NCBI GenBank assembly: GCA_963727445.1
Contig: CAVSGI010000008.1
Location: forward strand, 224,001 to 288,000
DNA: 64,000 nt
Direction: 5' to 3'
Source: an uncultured delta proteobacterium
GTDB taxonomy: Bacteria > Myxococcota_A > Polyangia > Polyangiales > B10-G4
Positions 39,194-49,165 of this stretch are shown here, piece by piece. A program made the translations under genes and the position numbers. How positions within the stretch are numbered: position 1 is the first letter of the stretch; the number at the start of each line of letters is the position of its first letter. The notes below the pieces were generated by a model. It saw only the letters and a program-made list of their open reading frames with translations. It had not been told where the DNA came from and made no database searches.

Positions 39194-39987
39194 GTCCCCA
39201 GCCCCCGGCGACGCAGGAGCACACGCGGGACGACGCGAAGGACGAAGAGCAGGAGCACGGCGATGGCGGCGAGGACCAGCGACAGCGCGATGGCGACGCG
39301 CACGTCGACCTCGAGCGCTCCGTAGATGGCGAGGGGCATCGTCTGGGTGACGCCAGGGAGGTTTCCCGCGAAGAGCAGCGTCGCCCCGAACTCGCCGATG
39401 GCGCGGGCCCACGAGAGCGCCGCGCCGGCGAGGAGCCCCGGAAGGGCGATGGGAAGCGCCACGCGCACGAAGGCGCCGGTGGGCGACGCGCCCAGCGTGC
39501 GGGCGACCAGGAGCAGATCGAGGTCGACCTTTCGGAAGGCGGTGCTCGCCGATTGCACGTAGAAGGGAGCGGAGACCACCACCTGGGCCAGGACCACCGC
39601 CGTGGTCGTGAAGGGCACGTTGACGCCCACGGCTTCGAGAACGGGGCCGAGGAGCCCCCGCCGCCCGAAGGTCGTCAGGAGCGCGATGCCGACCACCGCC
39701 GGCGGAATGACCACCGGCAGGTCCACGAGCATCTCCACCACGCGCGCGCGGCGGCGCTCGCTGGTGGCGAGCCACCACGCGAGAGGCGTGCCCGTCGCGA
39801 CCACGACGGCGAGGCTCAGCAAGGTGGTGCGCACCGTGAGCGCCAGCGCCGGCAGGAAGAGCCGGTGCGACAGGCCCGCCGCGATGTCCGCCGGTCCCGA
39901 CGAGAGCGCCAGCGCGATCACCGGCAGCACCAGGAGGGTCAGAAGAAGGACCGAGGGAACGACGGTGTTGAAGAGCCTCCCTTTCAT
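39190..39987 (-). CDS. modB: Molybdate ABC transporter permease
   Basis: [50 protein letters not shown]. Confidence 0.94.
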   Translation of the reverse strand: MKGRLFNTVVPSVLLLTLLVLPVIALALSSGPADIAAGLSHRLFLPALALTVRTTLLSLAVVVATGTPLAWWLATSERRRARVVEMLVDLPVVIPPAVVGIALLTTFGRRGLLGPVLEAVGVNVPFTTTAVVLAQVVVSAPFYVQSASTAFRKVDLDLLLVARTLGASPTGAFVRVALPIALPGLLAGAALSWARAIGEFGATLLFAGNLPGVTQTMPLAIYGALEVDVRVAIALSLVLAAIAVLLLFVLRVVPRVLLRRRGLGT

Positions 39988-40739
39988 GGCGCGGCGGAGA
40001 GACCGTGGGCAGCGAGGATGCGGCGTCCGACCGTGCCCCCGAGCATGTCGAGGAAGCGGCGCGCGAGCTCCGGAGACGAAGACGACGTGACGACGCCCGC
40101 GTAGTACTCGGCGGTGGGGCCGAGGGCGTCGGGCACCGAGATGGCGCGCACACCGGGCGAGTGGGCGGCGTCGCTCCGATAGACGATCGCGGCGTCGGCT
40201 TCGCCGAGCTCCACCTTCGCGCGCACCAGGCGCACGTTGCTCTCCTCGGAGACGACGTGGGCGCGCACCGACGCGACGAAATCCTCGCCCAGAGCCTCTC
40301 GCGCGTTCGCGAAGAGCTCGCGCGTGTAGCGCCCTACCGGCACGGTCTCGTCGCCGATCACTACCCGCGGGGCGCGCTCGAGATCCTCGAAGCTGCGGAT
40401 CTCCGTGTCCTCGGTAGGCACGATCACGACCAGCTCGTTTCGCGCGAAGATCCGGGCGTCCGTCACCAGGCCCTGGCTCTCGAGGGCCCGGATGTGCGAC
40501 GCATCGGCCGACGCGAAGACGTCGGCGGGCGCCCCCTGCTCGATCTGCAGGCGCAGGATCTGGCTGCCGGCGAAGCTGGTCGTCACCTCCGCCCCCACGT
40601 CCTCTTCGAGCTGCTCCGCGAGCTCGCCGAACACGTCCGTCAGAGACGACGCCGCGAAGACCGTGAGGTGTCCGCGCGACTGTTCGGATGCGTCATCACA
40701 GCCGGCGACGAGCAAGAGAGCGGTCAGGAGCGCCGTCAT
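39984..40739 (-). CDS. modA: Molybdate ABC transporter substrate-binding lipoprotein
   Basis: LVAGC lipobox; [49 protein letters not shown]. Confidence 0.94.
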   Translation of the reverse strand: MTALLTALLLVAGCDDASEQSRGHLTVFAASSLTDVFGELAEQLEEDVGAEVTTSFAGSQILRLQIEQGAPADVFASADASHIRALESQGLVTDARIFARNELVVIVPTEDTEIRSFEDLERAPRVVIGDETVPVGRYTRELFANAREALGEDFVASVRAHVVSEESNVRLVRAKVELGEADAAIVYRSDAAHSPGVRAISVPDALGPTAEYYAGVVTSSSSPELARRFLDMLGGTVGRRILAAHGLSAAP

Positions 40740-40750
40740 CGAGCCCGGCC

Positions 40751-41539
40751 TCAGCGGCCCTCGAACTCGCCCTTGCGGCGTTCGATGAAGCTGCGCACCC
40801 CTTCCGCCGCGTCTTCGCTCGCGAGGATCCGAGGCAGGAGCGCGCCGAGGTGCTTCTTCGCGGCGCCCTCCCCTTCGTCCCGCGCGACGCGCGCGTTTTC
40901 GAGGGTGCCCCGAACGCCGAGCGGCGCTTGCTCGGCGATGAGCGCGGCCAGCGCCTCGGCGCGGGCCACGTGCGCCCCAGGCTCGGTGACCTCTTGTACC
41001 AGTCCAATCCGATACGCCTCGTCGGCGCCGAACTCCTCGGCGGTCAAGAGGAAGCGCATGGCATTGCCCCAGCCCAGCTGCGCTGGCGCGCGCATGGTCG
41101 CGCCGCCGAAGGGCAGGATGCCGCGACCGATCTCGAGCTGCCGGAAGCGCACGTCCCGCGCAGCGACGACGATGTCGGAGGCGAGAGCCAGCTCGATGCT
41201 GAGGGTGAAGGCGATGCCGCTGAGCGCCAGGACGATGGGCTTGCTCACGGGCGCGCCCCAGAGGCCGAAGGGGTCGACCTTCCGGCCCCCGGCGAGCGCG
41301 GTGGGCCCGTGCTCCGCGACCGCCGGGCCGACCTCCGCGAGATCGAGGCCCGCCGAGAAATGCGGGCCGTGCCCGAAGACCACGCCGACCCGCAGTGCGT
41401 CGTCCTCGGCGAGGCGCTCGTAAGCCGCCGCGAACGCTTCGATGGTCTCGAGGTCGAAGGCGTTGCGCTTGTCCGGTCTGTTGATCCCGATGCACAGGAC
41501 GTGACCCTTCTGCTCGGTCGTGATCTTGGCGCTTGTCAT
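40751..41539 (-). CDS. Enoyl-CoA hydratase/isomerase (crotonase) family protein
   Basis: INRPDKRNAF, FSAGLDL, ELALASD, EIGRGILPFGG, SEDAAEGVRSFIERR. Confidence 0.93.
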   Translation of the reverse strand: MTSAKITTEQKGHVLCIGINRPDKRNAFDLETIEAFAAAYERLAEDDALRVGVVFGHGPHFSAGLDLAEVGPAVAEHGPTALAGGRKVDPFGLWGAPVSKPIVLALSGIAFTLSIELALASDIVVAARDVRFRQLEIGRGILPFGGATMRAPAQLGWGNAMRFLLTAEEFGADEAYRIGLVQEVTEPGAHVARAEALAALIAEQAPLGVRGTLENARVARDEGEGAAKKHLGALLPRILASEDAAEGVRSFIERRKGEFEGR

Positions 41540-41559
41540 GGGCCGGGACGCTACCACGC

Positions 41560-43821
41560 TCAGGGAACGCGATCGTCGAGGGCCCGGAGGTAGGTCACCA
41601 GGTCGTCCATCTCGCCAGACGACAGGGTGCTGGTCACGCCGTGGGCGTCGTCGGGGTTCTCGATGGTGAGCACGTCGCGGATCGAGGCGGCCGATCCGTC
41701 GTGCAAGTACGGCCCGCTCCGCCACAGACCGCGGAGGGTGGGCGTGTCGATCCCGGTCAGCGCCCCGCCGAGCCGCGTCCCGCTTCCGGCGCCGAGGGTG
41801 CCGACGTCGTGCAGGTTCGGGGTGCGGCTCGCGTCGAAGCCGCTGTCGGTGAAGCTGGCCCCGCTGTGACAGCCTCGGCAGCCGGTGGATGCGCCCTCGA
41901 AGATCGCTTCGCCTCGCGCGAAGGCCGCCTCCCAGGTCGGGTCGCCTTCGCGCCGGAAGGGCGATCGGCCGAATCCCGTGAGACTCGAGACGTAAGCGGC
42001 GAGCGCGTCCAGCTCCGACGAGACGCCGGCCTTCGGATCGCCGAGGGGCGTGTTTCGGGTACCGGTCATGAACTCCGCGTCGGACATGAAGCCCGTGCCG
42101 CCCTGCCCGCTGCGGATGTCGTGCTCGAAGTCCTGAACCTCGTCGAAGTTCGCGCTCCAGTGCAGCGAGCCGTGACCGAGACCGGCGCGGCCCCGCAGCG
42201 GGATGGTGTTCCTCAGGCCCTCCCCGCGTTGCGTGAAGTCCCAGACGAGGTTGTCCGCCTCCGCGTCGAGATGGCAGCTAGCGCAGGCGAGGTAGCTGGT
42301 GCGGCTCATCCGCGGGTCGCGCGACCGGTAGAAGATGCGCTTGCCCTCGAGCACCATCGGCTCCAGAGGCTCGGCGGCCACCGTGTCGATCACCGCCAGG
42401 GGCTCGGGCTCGGTGGACAGATCGGAGACGTCGTAGACCCGCACCTGTCGATCGAGGAACGCCTGAACGAAGAGGTGCGTCCCGTCGGGTGAGATGGCGA
42501 GGCCCTGCGGCGCGGCGCCCGCCTCGCGGATCGAGCCCGTCGTGTTGAAGGTGAACGCGTCGACCGCGATCACCCGCTCCGCGCCCTGGAAGGCGACGTA
42601 GGCCGTCTCACCGAGCGGAGAGAAGACCACCGCCGACGCGTAGTCGAGATCGTCGAAGGCGAAGCGGAAGCTGTCGTGGGCCAGCGTGGTGGGGCTCGAG
42701 GGCTCGCGCATGATCTCGTTCATCACGCCGCGGGCGGTGGTCTGCGCGCTGAGCTCGGCGCCGGTGTTGAAGAGCCCGCCTACCACGTTGGCCTTGAGCG
42801 ACGGCAGGACCGCGCGGCCCGCGTCGGGAGAGAAGACCACCTGATTCAGGAAGGAGGGCACCCCATCGTTGTTGGTGTCGCTGTCGAGCCCTTCCTGCCG
42901 CACGAAATCCGCCGCCCCCACCAGTGCCGCGGTAGCCGGCTCGCTCGCGTCGACGTGATAGACGTAAGCCGCGCTGACGTCGGAGCGCCACCGGGTGACG
43001 AAGATGGCGCCATCGCCGGCGACGGCGACCGCGCGCGGATCGGGACCGAGATCGATCTCCCGCCGGATCACGCCGCTCGGCACGTCCACGCTCACCAGAT
43101 CGGCCGCCTGCATGCGGCTGACCCAGACCCGCCCGCCGCGTGGGTCGGCCGCGACCCCGTAGGGCGCGCTGCCGTAGCCCAGATCGACGACGTCCAAGAG
43201 GGAGAAGTCCTCCGCCGACAGGAGGTGCAGGGTGTCGTCTTCCTGACATGTGACCACGATCGTGGAACCGAGGAGGGCGAGAGTGCGGGGGTGATCGCCC
43301 ACCTCCACCTCGGAGAGGAGCGCGGGCGGATCGGCGTCCAGGACGCTCACCGTATTCGCGTCCGGGTTCACGACCCATACCCGGTCTCGCGCGGCGTCGT
43401 AGAGGATGGTGCTCGAGCGGGTGGGCGGAAGGGGCGCCGGCTCGAAGACCACCGGAACGCTGCGCGAAGCTTCGGCGCGCATCGCTGCATCGAGCACGAC
43501 CACCGAGACCAGCTGCTCTCCCGGAAAGGCGAAGGTGTGACAGGACTCCGCGGGGGCGTCCTCTTCGGGTCCGTCGTCACCCCAGACGAAGGCGATGCGA
43601 GCCCCGGGCCCGCCGTTGTGGACGGCGGTGAGGCAGTACTCCTGCCCGACCCACGCCGCCGGCGCGCCCTCGAGCGTCACCGCGAGGGGCCCGGGCGGCG
43701 CGCTGTCCTCCGCGGCGTCGGCGTCGTTGGCTCCACCGTCCACCACCGATCCATCGTCCGGTGGCACGACATCGTCCCCGCATGCGACGAGGAGCGCGAG
43801 GAGGAGCGCCGCGAGCTTCAC
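41560..43821 (-). CDS. Lipoprotein: PKD-like + YVTN beta-propeller + di-heme cytochrome c (CCP/MauG-like) domain
   Basis: LLVAC lipobox; WVVNPDANTVS / VGDHPRTLA repeats; CASCH and CRGCH; HWSANFDEVQDFE; TPTLRGLW.SGPYLHDGSA. Confidence 0.9.
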   Translation of the reverse strand: MKLAALLLALLVACGDDVVPPDDGSVVDGGANDADAAEDSAPPGPLAVTLEGAPAAWVGQEYCLTAVHNGGPGARIAFVWGDDGPEEDAPAESCHTFAFPGEQLVSVVVLDAAMRAEASRSVPVVFEPAPLPPTRSSTILYDAARDRVWVVNPDANTVSVLDADPPALLSEVEVGDHPRTLALLGSTIVVTCQEDDTLHLLSAEDFSLLDVVDLGYGSAPYGVAADPRGGRVWVSRMQAADLVSVDVPSGVIRREIDLGPDPRAVAVAGDGAIFVTRWRSDVSAAYVYHVDASEPATAALVGAADFVRQEGLDSDTNNDGVPSFLNQVVFSPDAGRAVLPSLKANVVGGLFNTGAELSAQTTARGVMNEIMREPSSPTTLAHDSFRFAFDDLDYASAVVFSPLGETAYVAFQGAERVIAVDAFTFNTTGSIREAGAAPQGLAISPDGTHLFVQAFLDRQVRVYDVSDLSTEPEPLAVIDTVAAEPLEPMVLEGKRIFYRSRDPRMSRTSYLACASCHLDAEADNLVWDFTQRGEGLRNTIPLRGRAGLGHGSLHWSANFDEVQDFEHDIRSGQGGTGFMSDAEFMTGTRNTPLGDPKAGVSSELDALAAYVSSLTGFGRSPFRREGDPTWEAAFARGEAIFEGASTGCRGCHSGASFTDSGFDASRTPNLHDVGTLGAGSGTRLGGALTGIDTPTLRGLWRSGPYLHDGSAASIRDVLTIENPDDAHGVTSTLSSGEMDDLVTYLRALDDRVP

Positions 43822-43909
43822 GGGCAGCCAGCCTATCACTTCCCGCCTCCGGCGCGAGGGGAGGAGGAAGCCGGATGCAACCCGGCCCCGGGGGTGTATT
43901 TGTCCGGAT

Positions 43910-45499
43910 GTGACTCGTCCCAGCTACAAGCGGTCGAAGCCCGAGGGCGCGTGGGACGCCATCGTCGTCGGCTCCGGCATGGGCGGCCTGGCGACGGCCG
44001 CCGTGCTCGCCGCCCACGGCCGCATGCGGGTCTGCGTTCTCGAACGTCACTACACGGCGGGCGGCTTCACCCACGCCTTCACCCGACCGGGCTACGAGTG
44101 GGACGTAGGCGTCCACTACATCGGAGGCGTCGAGGATGCGGGCGGCGTGGGTCCGCTCTTCGATCTGGTGACGGGTGGGCGCATGAAGTGGGCGCGCATG
44201 CCGGAGGTCTACGACCGGATCATCCTGGGCGATCGGGCTTTCGATCTCGTCGCCGGACGCGAGGCCTTCGTCGCGAGCCTCGAACGCGACCTGCCGGGAT
44301 CTGCGGAGCAGGTGCGCGCAGCGATGGAGCTTTCACATGAAGCCGTGAAGACGGCGCCGCGCTACTTCGCTGGCCAGCTCCTGCCGCGTCGTGCCAGCGG
44401 GTTGAGCCATCTGGTGAGCCGCAAGTTCATGCACTTCGCCGACCAGACCGTCGAGCAGGCGCTTCGCCCCCTGGTCCGCGACCCCGTCCTCTTCGACGTC
44501 CTCACCGGCCAATGCGGCGACTACGGGCTGACGCCGCGCGAAGCGAGCTTCATGATCCACGCGATGGTGGCGCTGCACTACGAGAGCGGCGCCTACTATC
44601 CGGTCGGGGGCCCCGCGACCATCGCCGACGGCGCCGAGAAGGTCCTCGCCGAGAGCGGCGGCGCCATCTTCACCAACGCCGAGGTCGACGCAATCCTCGT
44701 CGAGGGCGGACGCGCGGTCGGAGTGCGCATGGCCGACGGCCTCGAGCTACGCGCCCACACCATCATCAGTGACGTGGGCGCGAGCGCGACCTACGGGAAG
44801 CTCCTGCCACGCGACGCGCCGGGCTCCGCCGACATGCGCGCGCGCATCGCCCGCGTGGGCCCGTCGACCGCCCACCTCTGCCTCCACCTCGGCTTCCGTC
44901 ACACCGACGAAGAGCTGGGGCTCGACGGAACGAACCTCTGGATCTACGCGCCCGGGGATCGCGAAGAGCGTTTCGCCGCCTTCACCGCCGATCCCGAGGC
45001 GCCGATCCCCGTCGCGTACGTCTCGTTTCCATCCGCGAAAGATCCCTCGTGGGGCGAGCGACATCCCGGTCGCGCCACGGTCGAGGTCATCACTCTCGCG
45101 CGCATGGAGTGGTTCGAGCGCTGGGCCGAGACGCGCTGGATGAAGCGCGGCGCCGACTACGAGGACTGGAAAGCCTCGATGAGCGAGCGCCTGCTCGCGC
45201 TGCTCTTCGCCCAGCGTCCACAGCTGCGCGGCAAGGTCGATCACATGGAGCTCTCGACGCCCCTGAGCACGCGCCAATTCACGGGACACCACGCAGGCGA
45301 GATGTACGGCCTCGCCCACACGCCCGCGCGCTTCCGCGCCGACGTCCGCGTTCAGAGCGAGGTGAAGGGGCTCTTCCTCGCGGGGTCCGATGTGTCGACC
45401 TGCGGCGTGGCGGGAGCCCTCACGGGAGGGCTGATGGCCGCGGGAGCAGCGCTCAAAGGCGACCTCCCCGGCATCCTCCGCCGACGCCTCGCGTCCTGA
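43910..45499 (+). CDS. Phytoene desaturase / all-trans-retinol 13,14-reductase-like FAD oxidoreductase
   Basis: DAIVVGSGMGGL, LERHYTAGGFTH.F...GYEWDVGVHYIG, YYPVGG, SFPSAKDP, ELSTPLS. Confidence 0.9.
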   Translation: MTRPSYKRSKPEGAWDAIVVGSGMGGLATAAVLAAHGRMRVCVLERHYTAGGFTHAFTRPGYEWDVGVHYIGGVEDAGGVGPLFDLVTGGRMKWARMPEVYDRIILGDRAFDLVAGREAFVASLERDLPGSAEQVRAAMELSHEAVKTAPRYFAGQLLPRRASGLSHLVSRKFMHFADQTVEQALRPLVRDPVLFDVLTGQCGDYGLTPREASFMIHAMVALHYESGAYYPVGGPATIADGAEKVLAESGGAIFTNAEVDAILVEGGRAVGVRMADGLELRAHTIISDVGASATYGKLLPRDAPGSADMRARIARVGPSTAHLCLHLGFRHTDEELGLDGTNLWIYAPGDREERFAAFTADPEAPIPVAYVSFPSAKDPSWGERHPGRATVEVITLARMEWFERWAETRWMKRGADYEDWKASMSERLLALLFAQRPQLRGKVDHMELSTPLSTRQFTGHHAGEMYGLAHTPARFRADVRVQSEVKGLFLAGSDVSTCGVAGALTGGLMAAGAALKGDLPGILRRRLAS

Positions 45500-45504
45500 T
45501 CGCG

Positions 45505-45811
45505 TCAGGCGACGCTGCGTTCTCTACGCGGTTCCTTGAACCGATAATTTGATCAAGCCATGTGACAAGTCGTACGGCGACAGGGCAACACGCACGCGGT
45601 CACCGAGCAGCACGCGGATGCGATATCGACGCATGCGACCTCCGACCTCGGCTTTGACCACCGGTCCATCGTCGAGCTCCACCTCGAAATGGCCGCCAGC
45701 GAACACGTTCACCACGGTCCCTTCGACCTCGACGTGATCACTGCGCGGAGTCTCCTCCCGCTCGAACTGGCGCCTGCGCTTGCCGCCCTTCTTCTTCCTT
45801 CGTTTGCCCAA
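45505..45811 (-). CDS. infA: Translation initiation factor IF-1 with basic N-terminal extension (frameshift at ~45549)
   Basis: VEVEGTV....GGHFEVEL....VKAEVGGRMRRYRIRVLLGDRVRVALSPYDL; GAGGAG RBS before TTG 45811; removing one base gives an IF-1-like end LINYRFK...; as given, the ORF stops at 45524. Confidence 0.88.
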
Positions 45812-45935
45812 ATCGTGCTCCTCGGCTGCGAGTTGATCGGGAGGCGCGCGAGGCCGCAGCCCGCGATTGCTTCCCTGGTTGTGTGCTCGAACAACGACAG
45901 CCGCGAGGCACGCGGGACACTGCTCGAACTGATTC

Positions 45936-45963
45936 ACCATAAGGCTTCATGCTGCAGTTGCAA
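45936..45963 (-). promoter_or_regulatory. Candidate sigma70 promoter for infA
   Basis: TTGCAA-16 nt-TATGGT on the minus strand about 125 nt upstream of the start. Confidence 0.45.
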
Positions 45964-46108
45964 AGGTTTGCGGGGTTTTTGCCCCATTTCACGCGTCTTT
46001 GGAGCCGCGAGGTTCTTCGAAACGCCGTTGACCGCCTCTGCTCGCTGGTCGCATGCTGAAACCCCTTTCCCGGCCCCTCGCCGTCCGGGGTCGGCTCGAG
46101 GCGCGATC

Positions 46109-47770
46109 GTGTCCGCTCAACCCTCAGCATCGACCGCATCTGGGAGCGAGCCGGAGCTCGATCCGGGCTACGTCGTGGATGATCGCTATCGGATCGTCGG
46201 CGTGCTGGGCACGGGCGGCGTCGGCGTCGTCTACCGCGCAAAGGACCTGAAGCTCCCTCACGAAGTCGCGATCAAGGTCCTGCAGAAGAAACACGCGTCT
46301 CATCCTTCGCTGCGCGCGCGTTTCGAGCGTGAGGCGAAGGCACTGGCTGCGCTCCATCACCCCAACATCGTCTCCGTCAGTGACTACGGCATCGCGGACG
46401 GCCGCCCCTTCGTGGTCATGGAGCTCCTGTCGGGATTCACGGTACGCGAGGTCATCGATCGCGGCCCGGTCGATCCCGATCGCGCGTTCGAGATCACCAA
46501 GCAGCTGTTGCGCGGTCTGTCCTACGCGCACGGGCGTGGCCTGGTGCACCGGGACATCAAACCCGGCAACGTCTTCCTGCAGGAGATCGAGCATCAGCCC
46601 GAGGTGGTGAAGATCCTCGACTTCGGTTTCGCGAAGTGGCTGGTCGATCATCCCGAGGCCGACCCCAACCTCTCCAAGGAAGGCATGGTGATGGGCACGC
46701 CCTCCTATCTGCCCCCGGAACAGGCAGCAGGGGAACAGACCGACGGGCGCACCGACATCTACGCGGTGGGCGTGCTGCTCTTCGAGATGCTCGCCGGGGT
46801 CAAGCCTTTCAACGGACCGCTGATCGAGCTGTTACGCCAACACCTCACGGCGAAGGTCCCGCGCATCTCCCAGGTCTCGCGCACCAGGAAAGAGACGCCG
46901 GAGCTCCGCCGGATGATCGAGAAGGCGATGGCGAAGAAGCCCGACGATCGTTTCGCCGACGCCTCGCAGTTCCTCCGCGCGATCGAATCGCTTCCGAAGC
47001 CCGCGATCCGGGAGAAGGGCCGCGGCGCGATGGTGATGGCGGTGACAGGCCTCGCGCTGGCGTGCGCGTTCGCCGGGGCGGTCACCTGGGTCGCGACGCG
47101 ACCGGATCCACGCGCCGAGATCGCGCGCCTGCGCGCCAGCGCCGAGGGCGTCTTGTCGGGACCGGGCCACGTCAGCACCCCGACGCGCGCGGGCGGAGTG
47201 GCGCTCGCCGATCCCCCGCCCGAAGGCGCCGGAGCAGCGGACGACGCCTCCGTCGAGACCATCGCACCCGTCGCGACCGCAGCGCCGACGAGCGCTCCCG
47301 CCGCGCCATCCGAGACCGCCGCCACACGCGAAGGCGATCCCGAGGCGCCGGTGGACGTGGTGCGCGACGTGCGACACCTCGTCGACGCCCACCTCGCCGT
47401 CTCCGACGATCAGGTCGCCGTCCTGCGCACCTATGCCCGAGAGGCCGACAGCGGCGCCGCCTACCTCCTGCTCGCGCACGTCTACAGCCAGCGCAACTGG
47501 TGGTCCGACGCCGTGCGGAACTACCGGTCGGCCTTCGACGCCGAGCCCCGCATCAAAGACGACCCCGCGGTGCTGGACAACCTCCTGCACATCTCCGCCA
47601 TGTCGGAGGCCTCCAACATCGAGGCCTTCGATCTGGTCGAGCACATCTATGGGCGGGACGCCCTGCCGGCGGTGGAGCAGATCCTCGAAGATCAGGACAC
47701 CGGATGGCAGGAAAAGCGGCAGCTGCGGCGCCTGCGGCGCCAACTCGCCCGCCTGCCCCATGCGGGTTGA
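46109..47770 (+). CDS. Membrane Ser/Thr protein kinase with C-terminal TPR-like domain
   Basis: LGTGGVG, VAIK, HRDIKPGN, DFG, GTPSYLPPE; TM helix; Ala/Pro linker. Confidence 0.93.
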   Translation: MSAQPSASTASGSEPELDPGYVVDDRYRIVGVLGTGGVGVVYRAKDLKLPHEVAIKVLQKKHASHPSLRARFEREAKALAALHHPNIVSVSDYGIADGRPFVVMELLSGFTVREVIDRGPVDPDRAFEITKQLLRGLSYAHGRGLVHRDIKPGNVFLQEIEHQPEVVKILDFGFAKWLVDHPEADPNLSKEGMVMGTPSYLPPEQAAGEQTDGRTDIYAVGVLLFEMLAGVKPFNGPLIELLRQHLTAKVPRISQVSRTRKETPELRRMIEKAMAKKPDDRFADASQFLRAIESLPKPAIREKGRGAMVMAVTGLALACAFAGAVTWVATRPDPRAEIARLRASAEGVLSGPGHVSTPTRAGGVALADPPPEGAGAADDASVETIAPVATAAPTSAPAAPSETAATREGDPEAPVDVVRDVRHLVDAHLAVSDDQVAVLRTYAREADSGAAYLLLAHVYSQRNWWSDAVRNYRSAFDAEPRIKDDPAVLDNLLHISAMSEASNIEAFDLVEHIYGRDALPAVEQILEDQDTGWQEKRQLRRLRRQLARLPHAG

Positions 47771-47821
47771 TGCCCTCTCTTCTTAGAAGGGGGTGCAGAA
47801 GGAAACGACAATTGCTATGAC

Positions 47822-49114
47822 TTGGGGGTGCGCTTCCTTGCTTTCGCCGCGGTGGGCTCGTGTCTGATGGTCCTCGCGGGCTGTAAAGCCTTCGACGAGT
47901 CCCTGCTCGATCCGGCCGATTCGGGGCCGTCCTGTCCTCTCAGCCGCCCGCCCGCGCGCCCCAACGCGGACGTCGTTCCGGATGGGGACGACGGGGAGAC
48001 CTACTTCTGGGCTTCCCGCGATCTGCGCATCGACTACCGCGACGATCGCTGGCGCACCGCGGGCTACGACCTCGACGGTCTGTGCTCGGTGGGCCCCAAC
48101 CCCCCGGTGGAGTGCCGCGCCCCCGCCCTCTCCGCGCCCCTCGAAGAAGACGGCGTGATGGGCACCGACAACTCCCTCGGGCACAACATCGCGGAAGTGC
48201 TCCTGTTGGCCTTCCCCGATCTGCAGGACGAGCTCCGCGGCTATCAGACCCAGGGTACCGGCACCACGCTGATCCAGGTCACGGGATGGAACGGTGAGGA
48301 CGACGATCCACGCGTGGTCGCGGTGTTGAGCCAATCGATCTTCGGCACCTCCGAGGACCCGGGCGAGTTCACCGAGTGGAGCATCAGCGGGGAGCAGCTC
48401 ACCATCGACGGCGAGCCGTGGCCGCTGCCCAACTGGGATGGAAACGACCTCTGGTGGGCGCGCGACGACAACTTCCTCGACCGGAATCCCGACAGACCGA
48501 CCGTCCGCGACGACAACGCCTGGATCGCCGACCGCACCCTCGTGATGCGGGTGCCCGACCGCTTCCCGATCATCTACGGCGGGGACATGCGCGCCGCCCA
48601 GTTCATTCTCAGCGACGCGGTGCTGACGCTGAAGATCTCTGCCGACGATCAGACGGTCGAGAAGATGGTCATCGCCGGGCGATTCGCGATCGTCGACCTG
48701 TTGTCCACGATCGGAACCGCCGGCGGCTGCCCCGGCAGCTCGGACTACGAGTCCTTCTCGCACCTGTTGGACCTCGCCGCGGACATCCGCGCGAGACCCG
48801 GCTCCGGTGGTCCCGACGCCGTCTGCGACGCGCTCAGCGTGGGCCTGGTCTACGAGAGCGGCTCGCGGGCGCGCTTCGGGGGGATCGCGCCGGGCACCGA
48901 GGTCCCCAACCCCTGCGTGGATGGCGGTGTGGGCGATGGTGGGATGGACGGCGGGATGCCCGATGGCGCGGCCGATTCGTCGACGCCCGATTCGTCGACG
49001 CCCGATTCGGCGGTGGACAGCGGCGTGATGGACACCGGGGCGATGGATGGCGGCGTTCCCGATTCGGGGACGGACGCGAGCGCGGCCATGGACGCCGCGA
49101 TGGACGGCGGCTGA
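47822..49114 (+). CDS. Hypothetical myxobacterial lipoprotein with C-terminal DGG/DSG tail
   Basis: LAGC lipobox; GYDLDGLCS, DG..GTDNS, WNGEDDDP.V, CDALSVG. Confidence 0.8.
   Translation: MGVRFLAFAAVGSCLMVLAGCKAFDESLLDPADSGPSCPLSRPPARPNADVVPDGDDGETYFWASRDLRIDYRDDRWRTAGYDLDGLCSVGPNPPVECRAPALSAPLEEDGVMGTDNSLGHNIAEVLLLAFPDLQDELRGYQTQGTGTTLIQVTGWNGEDDDPRVVAVLSQSIFGTSEDPGEFTEWSISGEQLTIDGEPWPLPNWDGNDLWWARDDNFLDRNPDRPTVRDDNAWIADRTLVMRVPDRFPIIYGGDMRAAQFILSDAVLTLKISADDQTVEKMVIAGRFAIVDLLSTIGTAGGCPGSSDYESFSHLLDLAADIRARPGSGGPDAVCDALSVGLVYESGSRARFGGIAPGTEVPNPCVDGGVGDGGMDGGMPDGAADSSTPDSSTPDSAVDSGVMDTGAMDGGVPDSGTDASAAMDAAMDGG
48972..49009. repeat. 15-bp tandem repeat (~2.5 copies) encoding DSSTP
   Basis: CCGATTCGTCGACGC x2 plus CCGATTCG. 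Confidence 0.85.
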
Positions 49115-49165
49115 ACGGGAGATCGGTCGGAGCCAGGGGCTTCGCCCCGGCGTCGACGAGCCCGC

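Noticed and set aside
5401..45554. Programmed frameshifting or phase variation as the cause of the split genes
   Set aside because: No slippery heptamers or long homopolymer/SSR tracts; breaks hit conserved cores (the Lnt-like catalytic Cys, the IF-1 C-terminus) and share a GATC context, which fits sequencing error better.
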